DNA of 64,000 bases, taken from contig CANQDQ010000005.1 of the NCBI GenBank assembly GCA_947593515.1, forward strand, positions 508 through 64,507, in the 5' to 3' direction. The notes under the pieces are model-generated. The model was not told the DNA's origin. It saw only the letters and a program-made list of their open reading frames with translations, and did no database searches. The stretch comes from an uncultured Bacteroidales bacterium (lineage in GTDB: Bacteria > Bacteroidota > Bacteroidia > Bacteroidales > UBA11471). Positions 1 through 6,424 of this stretch are shown piece by piece; the stretch's first letter is position 1, and every line of letters begins with the position of its first letter. The position numbers and the translations under genes were made by a program.

Positions 1-203
1 GATACATTGAATGTCTTTTTACTTTTGGCTTTGCCGATGGATGCGCTGAAATTGCCCAATGTCCCAATGACAGAACCATGTACTTTGAGGATTTCAGGTG
101 CTTTCTCATAACTTTTCGACAGGCTCAAACGTGAGGCTTGCCAAAGGATAATGGCTTCTTCTGCCGATATGTCCTTAGTCTCTTTAATATAGTCCATAGC
201 CAT
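1..203 (-). CDS. AAA-family ATPase of Bacteroidales mobilizable elements (NBU orf3-like), N-terminal part, truncated by the window edge
   Basis: Hand translation from ATG at 203 gives MAMDYIKETKDISAEEAIILWQASRLSLSKSYEKAPEILKVHGSVIGTLGNFSASIGKAKSKKTFNV, with a Walker A-like GKAKSKKT. Directly follows the DUF3853 gene. Confidence 0.75.
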   Translation of the reverse strand, partial: MAMDYIKETKDISAEEAIILWQASRLSLSKSYEKAPEILKVHGSVIGTLGNFSASIGKAKSKKTFNV

Positions 204-211
204 GCCTCCCG

Positions 212-520
212 TTATTTTCGTCCTCCTGTTTTCTTCCCGGCCAGTTCAAGGGCAAGCTCCACATCTACGATAATCTTGCGACCTATCTGGGTGATTGCCT
301 TGTCAATCTTTCCGCTTTTCTTGATGCGGTTGGCGGTGGGCAGGCTGCACCCGAACAGTTTGGCAATGCCCAGTATTCCGTACACATACTTCCTTTCTGT
401 GTCCGTAACGGGCTGTGGCTGCATTTCCGTTTGACCGGAAGCGTGCTTGCTTAAGAATATGAACTCTTCGCCTGTCATCTGCCAGACGGGTTTTGATAAT
501 AACTCTTGAAGATTTGTCAT
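212..520 (-). CDS. DUF3853 family HTH protein, excisionase-like (NBU orf2x-like)
   Basis: 102 aa; PVWQMTGEEF and YVYGILGIAKLFGCSLPTANRIKKSG HTH motif. Confidence 0.85.
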   Translation of the reverse strand: MTNLQELLSKPVWQMTGEEFIFLSKHASGQTEMQPQPVTDTERKYVYGILGIAKLFGCSLPTANRIKKSGKIDKAITQIGRKIIVDVELALELAGKKTGGRK

Positions 521-589
521 CGTCCAATCTATTTAGTCGTTTAACAATCAGCCCTGCGCACTGGCTGTTATTTCTGTTCTCGAACGATG

Positions 590-597
590 CAAAATTA
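590..597 (-). promoter_or_regulatory. Bacteroidetes -7 promoter element (TAATTTTG) for the DUF3853/AAA operon
   Basis: caaaatta on the + strand, about 70 bp upstream of the ATG at 520. Confidence 0.55.
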
Positions 598-609
598 GGT
601 AGGTTTGTA

Positions 610-714
610 AGTGGTAAGGATGTGGTTAGTGCAAATGGAATATTTTATTATTTCTTTGAATATCAGACAATAAAAATACCACTCAAAAATTAATTTGAGT
701 GGTAAAAGTGGTTA
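610..714. repeat. Five copies of WGTGGTWW, including a perfect inverted repeat ACCACTCAAA-N6-TTTGAGTGGT
   Basis: Copies at 610-617, 621-628, 698-705 and 707-714, plus an inverted copy at 676-683; IR spans 678-703. Confidence 0.6.
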
Positions 715-743
715 TTTCGTAATATGTCAGGGTATATCACGGA

Positions 744-1781
744 TTATCGGAATATTGCGTCCATTTCTTTGGCGAACTTCTGGTTGCTGTCACTTGGGAA
801 ATCGGAAACAGGTTCCTTGTATTTTGACTTGTAATAGTTCTCTTCAATATCCAGCATTTTGAGGATATTCTTTTTCCAATTCTCCCTGTCAAGTTTGGGC
901 AGTTGTTCACCCATCAGGAATATCAGGTAGCAGACACGTATTTTCTCTCTCGTTTTTATTTTCAGCTTGCATTTGCCGGGGTGCAGATTCATACAAGCAT
1001 AGAAATCATATTCGGAAATATTCTCGAATTGTTCTCCTACGCAGGTCGTGTAAACGTGCGAAAGCAACTCCATGTCGAAATATTCGTGTTGTTCCTCTTT
1101 GGGTGCTTCTTCTTGCATATCGGGTTCGCTTGGCTTGGTTAGCTCTTCCGGTTTATCTTTAGCTACGGGAATATATTTTGCTAATATTTCCATAAAATGG
1201 AAACTCAATTTATAAATATCTCCGCAGCAGTTCTCTATATATTGGAAAGCCTCTTTTCTTGCTTGCTTTTGCAATTCATAAAGCCTGTTCAGTTCTTCTT
1301 TTTCTTTCTCATATTCAGCCTTGCAGCGTTCATATTCCTTTTCGGCTTGCTTTTCTTCTTCTGCCGTATGTTCCCTGTAACCAATAAAATCATATCTGTT
1401 ATATGCCTCGTTCAAAGGCTTGTTTAGTCTTTGTGTAACCTCCAGTTGTTCCTCTATATCAATATTATATCTATCAGCGAAATGGTAGCACACACGAGAA
1501 ATTATCTCATCATCAAGCAATGGATATTTTTCGTAAAGCATCATGTTTTTCTCTATCTCGGCTCTTAGACTGTCGAGAATCAGAGTGTACTGTTCTTTCT
1601 GCTTGTCAAGTACCAATTCAAGGATAGCGGCTTCAAAAGCTTTTGTGTCATTGTATTGCTTGTAGAAGTTCGTGATGAATTTCTGCTTGTCAAAAGAAAA
1701 AGTATGGCTTACAATAAAGTCACTGTATATTCGGTTGAGTTCACCGTATTGGGGAATCATAATCAGTATTTCTCCTGCCAT
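744..1781 (-). CDS. Hypothetical protein of mobilizable element (NBU orf2-like position)
   Basis: 345 aa ORF with a coiled-coil middle, between the integrase side and the excisionase-like gene. Confidence 0.7.
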   Translation of the reverse strand: MAGEILIMIPQYGELNRIYSDFIVSHTFSFDKQKFITNFYKQYNDTKAFEAAILELVLDKQKEQYTLILDSLRAEIEKNMMLYEKYPLLDDEIISRVCYHFADRYNIDIEEQLEVTQRLNKPLNEAYNRYDFIGYREHTAEEEKQAEKEYERCKAEYEKEKEELNRLYELQKQARKEAFQYIENCCGDIYKLSFHFMEILAKYIPVAKDKPEELTKPSEPDMQEEAPKEEQHEYFDMELLSHVYTTCVGEQFENISEYDFYACMNLHPGKCKLKIKTREKIRVCYLIFLMGEQLPKLDRENWKKNILKMLDIEENYYKSKYKEPVSDFPSDSNQKFAKEMDAIFR

Positions 1782-1792
1782 ATATCTTGGGT

Positions 1793-3082
1793 TTATGGAT
1801 TTTTGTCTTTATCAAGAAAGGAAGCCAGTTCTTCTTCCACTTCTTCTATACTTGGCAGAGCCGATTTTAAGTTTTCAGGTATAGCCTTGCTCAGTTGGTA
1901 ATCGCTGATGCCTATCGGCTGGTCATAGCCTGTCAATGCGTATTGTGCTACAACTTCGTCTTTTCCCTTGCACAGCAACAACCCGATAGTCTTGTTGTCA
2001 TTCTCTCCCCTCAGTTTATCATCCACCACATTGATGTAGAAGTTCAGTTGTCCTGCATACTCCGGTTTGAATGGGGTAGCCTTTAATTCTACCACGATAT
2101 ATGCGTGCAACGGAATGGAATATAGAATCAGGTCGGCAAAGAAATCGCTGTTTCCGACTTGGAAGTGCTTCTGCCGGGCAACGAAGGCAAAACCGTTGCC
2201 CATTTCCAACAGGTAGCGGGTAACGTGTTTCACCAGCTGTTCTTCAATATCCCTTTCGTCTGCTTTTTCTTTGGCTCCTGCCAAATCAAAGATGTACGGG
2301 TCTTTGAGTAGGTAATTGGCAAGGTCGCTTTGTGGAGCCGGAAGTGTGGTCGTGAAATTGTTTACCTTGTTGTTGCTGATTTGTCGGCTATACAAATCAC
2401 TGTCAATTTGCATTTTCAATACATTGCTGCTCCATCCCATTTCCACAGACTGCTTCATGTACCAGTAGCTTAGACCTAAAGGTAGCGAACTGTCAAGTAT
2501 AGTCATTTGGCTTGTCCAGTTTATTTTGGCTATAGGAGAGGTCAAGAAAACTTCTTCTATTTCCCTGATTCCCATCCTGTAAATGGCAGACACGGTTTTT
2601 CCCACATCTTCAAATTGCGCAGGAACTTCCTGCGTAATTGCTAATGATTGACAATCAATCGATTGTATTTGCGCAGTAAGTTCCTGCGTAAATTGCTTGT
2701 CATTCAGTTTTAATACTTCATTGGTCACACTCTGTATGGTTGGGACAGACAGGCTTGCATCTGTTTCTATGAAACTTTGCAACGCTCTTAAAGGATATGC
2801 TTTTGCAAACTGGCACATATAGGTAAGGTTACGTTCCGAATAGCCTTTCTTTTCAGGGTAATGCAGTCGGATAGCCTTTGCCAACTGCTTGATGATTTTG
2901 CTTCCCCATCCGTGCAGCTGCTGGTGATAAAGGATGTAATTGCCTATCTTCCAGTAATGGAACAGCATTTGTGCATTGGCTGCAACAATCAGCCTTACTT
3001 GTGCCTGTTCTATTTCCGAACCGACCGCTTGTATGAATGCATCAAAATTCGTTTTCTCTATGTTGGATTCCTTGTTGCTCAT
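1793..3082 (-). CDS. YhcG/DUF1016 family PD-(D/E)XK nuclease domain protein
   Basis: N-terminal YWKIG...WGSKII...GYSERNL; C-terminal LKDPYIFD, LLEMGNGFAFVARQ, ADLILY...VVELK, GQLNFY, TIGLLLCK. Confidence 0.9.
   Translation of the reverse strand: MSNKESNIEKTNFDAFIQAVGSEIEQAQVRLIVAANAQMLFHYWKIGNYILYHQQLHGWGSKIIKQLAKAIRLHYPEKKGYSERNLTYMCQFAKAYPLRALQSFIETDASLSVPTIQSVTNEVLKLNDKQFTQELTAQIQSIDCQSLAITQEVPAQFEDVGKTVSAIYRMGIREIEEVFLTSPIAKINWTSQMTILDSSLPLGLSYWYMKQSVEMGWSSNVLKMQIDSDLYSRQISNNKVNNFTTTLPAPQSDLANYLLKDPYIFDLAGAKEKADERDIEEQLVKHVTRYLLEMGNGFAFVARQKHFQVGNSDFFADLILYSIPLHAYIVVELKATPFKPEYAGQLNFYINVVDDKLRGENDNKTIGLLLCKGKDEVVAQYALTGYDQPIGISDYQLSKAIPENLKSALPSIEEVEEELASFLDKDKNP
2613..2693. repeat. Two 27-bp imperfect palindromes, 54 bp apart, inside the YhcG coding sequence
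   Basis: aattgcgcaggaa-c-ttcctgcgtaatt (2613-2639) and atttgcgcagtaa-g-ttcctgcgtaaat (2667-2693). Confidence 0.8.
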
Positions 3083-3145
3083 ATTGTGATGATAATTTCT
3101 ACAAATATAGTCATTGGTAACTATCTATGAAACTGTTTGATACTT

Positions 3146-4429
3146 TTATAGTTGATTAAACTTGTTCATGGCATTTGCCTTAATATCATCCGCTATGTCA
3201 ATGTAGGGTTTCATAGCTTTGTAGTCGCTGTGTCCCGTCCATTTCATGACCACCTGTGCCGGGATTCCGAGAGCCAGCGCATTGCAGATGAATGTCCTTC
3301 TTCCTGCATGGGTACTGAGCAAAGCGTATTTGGGTGTGACTTCATCAATACGTTCATTTCCCTTGTAGTAGGTTTCCCGTACAGGCTCGTTGATTTCTGC
3401 CAGTTCGCCCAGCTCTTTCAGGTAATCGTTCATCTTCTGGTTGCTGATGACGGGCAGAGCCATGTAATTCTCGAAATGGATGTCCTTGTATTTGTCCAGT
3501 ATGGCTTTGCTGTATTTGTTCAGTTCAATCGTCAGGCTGTCGGCAGTCTTGACTGTGGTTATTTCGATGTGGTCGGACTTCACATCGCTTCTTTTCAGAT
3601 TGCGAACATCCGAATACCGCAAACTCGTAAAGCAGCAGAACAGGAAAACATCACGCACACGTTCCAGGTATTGCTTATCCTTGGGTATCTGGTAGTCTTT
3701 CAGCTTGTTCAGTTCATCCCAAGTCAGGAAGATTACTTTTTTCGAGGTGGTTTTCAGTTTCGGTTTGAACGTATCGTATGCAATGTTCTGATGATGTCCT
3801 TTCTTGAAGCTCCAGCGCAGGAACCATTTGAGGAATCCCATTTGCTTGCCGATGGTGCTGTTTCTCATATCCTTGGTGTCACGCAGGAAGTTGACGTATT
3901 CGTTCAATCCAAACTCGTTGAAATAGTTGAACGTTGCATCCTCCTTGAACTCTTTGAGGTGGTTCCTCACTGCTGCAAATTTTTCATAGGTGGATGCCGT
4001 CCAGTTATTCTGGTTACCGCACTCTTTTACAAACTCATCGAACACCTCCCAAAAGCTGACAGGGGCTTCTTCCGGCTGTTCTTCGCTGGTGTCTTTCATT
4101 CTCATGTTGAAAGCTTCCTTCAACTGTTGGGTCGTTGGCATGACCTCCTGCACCTCAAATTCCTTGAAAATATTCTGGATTTCGGCATAGTATTTCAGCA
4201 AGTCCGTATTGATTTCGGCTGCACTTTGCTTTAGCTTGTTGGTACATCCGTTCTTTACCCGCTGCTTATCTGCATCCCATTTGGCTACGTCAATCCGGTA
4301 GCCCGTTGTAAACTCGATGCGTTGGCTGGCAAAGATGACACGCATACGGATGGGTACGTTCTCTACGATTGGCACACCGTTCTTTTTCCGGCTCTCCAAT
4401 GCAAAAATGATGTTGCGCTTGATATTCAT
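3146..4429 (-). CDS. Tyrosine site-specific integrase, IntN2-like
   Basis: Catalytic motifs LRYSD, TVKT, HAGRR, GHS and PY. N-terminal arm-binding domain. Start placed at ATG 4429 (MNIKRNIIF), downstream of the promoter. Confidence 0.92.
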   Translation of the reverse strand: MNIKRNIIFALESRKKNGVPIVENVPIRMRVIFASQRIEFTTGYRIDVAKWDADKQRVKNGCTNKLKQSAAEINTDLLKYYAEIQNIFKEFEVQEVMPTTQQLKEAFNMRMKDTSEEQPEEAPVSFWEVFDEFVKECGNQNNWTASTYEKFAAVRNHLKEFKEDATFNYFNEFGLNEYVNFLRDTKDMRNSTIGKQMGFLKWFLRWSFKKGHHQNIAYDTFKPKLKTTSKKVIFLTWDELNKLKDYQIPKDKQYLERVRDVFLFCCFTSLRYSDVRNLKRSDVKSDHIEITTVKTADSLTIELNKYSKAILDKYKDIHFENYMALPVISNQKMNDYLKELGELAEINEPVRETYYKGNERIDEVTPKYALLSTHAGRRTFICNALALGIPAQVVMKWTGHSDYKAMKPYIDIADDIKANAMNKFNQL

Positions 4430-4431
4430 AA

Positions 4432-4507
4432 TTGGGTGCGTTTGAAATTCTACACCCAAATATACACCCAATTATTGAGATAGCAAAAGACATTTAGAAA
4501 CATTTAG
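4432..4507 (-). promoter_or_regulatory. Integrase promoter (TTTG-N19-TATATTTG) overlapped by short repeats (candidate arm-type sites)
   Basis: -33 at 4484-4487 and -7 at 4457-4464. TACACCCAA at 4451 and 4463, an inverted partial copy at 4432, and ACATTTAG at 4490 and 4500. Confidence 0.6.
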
Positions 4508-4588
4508 TTTTACTCTATGTTGTAATTTGCACTTGATTATCAGCCGTTTGCAGTTTTATGATATTCTGTGAAAGTATAAGTTCGAGAG

Positions 4589-4603
4589 CCTGTCTCTCCG
4601 CCA
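4589..4603 (+). other. att core: displaced 3' end of tRNA-Ser (CCTGTCTCTCCGC+CA)
   Basis: Ends in CCA and is preceded by a degenerate T-loop gttcgag. Matches the 13-bp NBU2 core as recalled. Lies 160 bp upstream of the integrase. Confidence 0.8.
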
Positions 4604-4659
4604 ATACGGCAGATAGTAAATTAATCGACGCTAAAAAATCGCAAAATTATTGTTATTGT

Positions 4660-4690
4660 TTTGTCAATTCAGAAGAATCGACTATTTTTG
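4660..4690 (+). promoter_or_regulatory. Promoter TTTG-N19-TATTTTTG for the ATPase/STAS operon
   Basis: Consensus -33/-7 elements with canonical spacing. Confidence 0.65.
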
Positions 4691-4748
4691 TAATGAATAG
4701 CGGCAGACGCGTAAAGTAAGATTTCGTAAACGTTTTTGCCTAACTTGT

Positions 4749-5639
4749 ATGGAAATAAAAATAGAAGCCAATATCAAGGATAATCGAATGTCTGACGGAT
4801 TATTCAATGCAATGACGGTAATCCATCAAATTAATAATCTGCCGGAAGAAAGCATAAATCTCGATTTTTCGGGCGTTAAATTCGTTACACCTTTGTATGT
4901 TTTGCCATTGGTCATATATCTACATGGTTGCGGACGAAATATAACGATTGCCAACGAAAATAATTATTTACAAACCATACTGTTCTCGCAAGGTTTGCAA
5001 CCGGACAAGATGCGCAGAAGCGAATTTCTTGCCATCATGGAAAAATATTCGTTGAAAACATATACCCCTATTATAAGTTTTCCGGCGACAAAAGAGCGTG
5101 ATGATGAGAAAGATGCAATCATATCGACGGTGGAATCTATCATTGCACGGCAATTGAATTTAAGTACGAATATTGTAACAGGAATCAAATATATATTGGG
5201 CGAATGTGTGGATAATATAATTCAGCACGCCAATTCGGAACGGGGTTATATTATTGCACAGTCTTATCCGACAAAAAAGTATCTCGATATTTGTATTGCA
5301 GATAATGGTATTACCTTATTAGGCAGTTATAAAGCGGCAGCCAACAATGAAATCAAAACCGATATCGACGCCATACAGGCTGCCAACAGGGGTGTTTCGA
5401 CTAAAAATCTTCCGAATGCCGAGAATCGGGGATACGGTATCATAACGTCGAAAAAAATGTTGATAAAAGGTTTGAGCGGAACTTTCGTCATGATGTCGGG
5501 AAATTCCGTGTATCTTTACAATGATTCTTTCGACACGTTTATCGAGATGCCGCAAGAAATTCGCTGGCAAGGAACTATAATCGGTTTGCGAATACCGTAC
5601 AATAATAAGTCGTTCCAATATATTCATTATGTCGAATAA
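4749..5639 (+). CDS. GHKL (HATPase_c, anti-sigma-factor kinase-like) ATP-binding protein with an N-terminal STAS-like region
   Basis: N box ECVDNIIQHA, G1 IADNG, G2 RGYG, terminal WQGT; N-terminal LDFSGVKF; no His-phosphotransfer or TM segment evident. Confidence 0.8.
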   Translation: MEIKIEANIKDNRMSDGLFNAMTVIHQINNLPEESINLDFSGVKFVTPLYVLPLVIYLHGCGRNITIANENNYLQTILFSQGLQPDKMRRSEFLAIMEKYSLKTYTPIISFPATKERDDEKDAIISTVESIIARQLNLSTNIVTGIKYILGECVDNIIQHANSERGYIIAQSYPTKKYLDICIADNGITLLGSYKAAANNEIKTDIDAIQAANRGVSTKNLPNAENRGYGIITSKKMLIKGLSGTFVMMSGNSVYLYNDSFDTFIEMPQEIRWQGTIIGLRIPYNNKSFQYIHYVE

Positions 5640-5657
5640 TTATAGTAGCTTTGCGAT

Positions 5658-6017
5658 ATGAAACCAACAGTTATTGATATAACGACCGTATTAAGTCCGG
5701 AACTTAAATCGAGATTTGCCGTCAAGGATTTGTTTCTGTTTATTCAGAATACGGGCAGTCGATCTGTAACCGTCGATTTTTCCGGTGTAAAGTTTGCCAC
5801 AAGAAGTTTCATCGACGAATATTACAACACTATTGTAAAGGGGGCAGCATCTTCCATTCGGATTGAAACGATAAATATACCGGAAGATATTCAAATGATT
5901 TTCACGGCGGTGGAACGGACGCAGAATAAAACGAAAAGTGCCCGGTCGAAAAGCGGTGTGATAAAGTGCCGGACATTTGTCGATGTGCAGCGAGTGTTTA
6001 GTGATCTGCCTTTATAA
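5658..6017 (+). CDS. STAS-like (DUF4325-like) anti-anti-sigma domain protein
   Basis: 119 aa; VTVDFSGVKFATRSFIDE resembles the STAS phospho-Ser loop. Confidence 0.75.
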   Translation: MKPTVIDITTVLSPELKSRFAVKDLFLFIQNTGSRSVTVDFSGVKFATRSFIDEYYNTIVKGAASSIRIETINIPEDIQMIFTAVERTQNKTKSARSKSGVIKCRTFVDVQRVFSDLPL

Positions 6018-6237
6018 GAAAAAGTAGTAAAGAAATATTGGCTGTTTAGCCTTGACTACCACTCTTGTGTTCCTGACCTCCTGTAAAGATGACGACGCTC
6101 CAAGTATCGAAGAGGAGAGTGCGCTCGAGAACCCGACTTCGCCCGAAGCCGCTTTCGACGAACGTGTTGCATATCCGTACACGGCAGCGGCAGTTCGGTG
6201 TTATGACGTTGCAGGGGTTAATTGTGTGGAGAAATGA
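6018..6237 (+). pseudogene. Decayed lipoprotein gene fragment
   Basis: KVVKKYWL followed, after a 1-nt frameshift, by LALTTTLVFLTS-C-KDDD (lipobox plus acidic export signal); no ATG and an early stop. Confidence 0.45.
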
Positions 6238-6328
6238 GAACTCGAATTCATACCGTCCATATGAGATAACGGATAGGTCGAGAGTCCCAGCTTTTTTTAG
6301 TTTTATTTCAAAATAGTTTTCCGGTAAT

Positions 6329-6359
6329 TTTGACGGAACGATTTTTTCTTGTAATTTTG
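6329..6359 (+). promoter_or_regulatory. Promoter TTTG-N19-TAATTTTG for wza-wzz
   Basis: Consensus elements 65 bp upstream of ATG 6425. Confidence 0.6.
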
Positions 6360-6424
6360 TGCACGATTTTTATGGGAAAGAGCGAGAGAACGTTTATCTT
6401 AGAATGAAAAACAATAGTTGATTT

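Larger units (their letters stand above)
1..4603 (-). mobile_element. NBU-type (NBU2-like) mobilizable transposon, integrase end; continues beyond the left edge
   Basis: Gene order int / (YhcG) / orf2-like / DUF3853 / AAA ATPase matches the NBU layout. Bounded by a tRNA-Ser 3' duplication at 4589-4603. AT-richer than the core genes. Confidence 0.85.

Noticed and set aside
4579-4603. Possible tRNA gene (gttcga...CCA)
   Set aside because: Only the 3' 15 nt are tRNA-like. No D or anticodon arm can be folded upstream, so it is an att remnant.
6240-6424. Possible invertible promoter upstream of the polysaccharide export genes
   Set aside because: Only a direct repeat (gtaattttg...acgattttt) forming the -33/-7 pair is visible. 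There are no flanking inverted repeats and no adjacent invertase.
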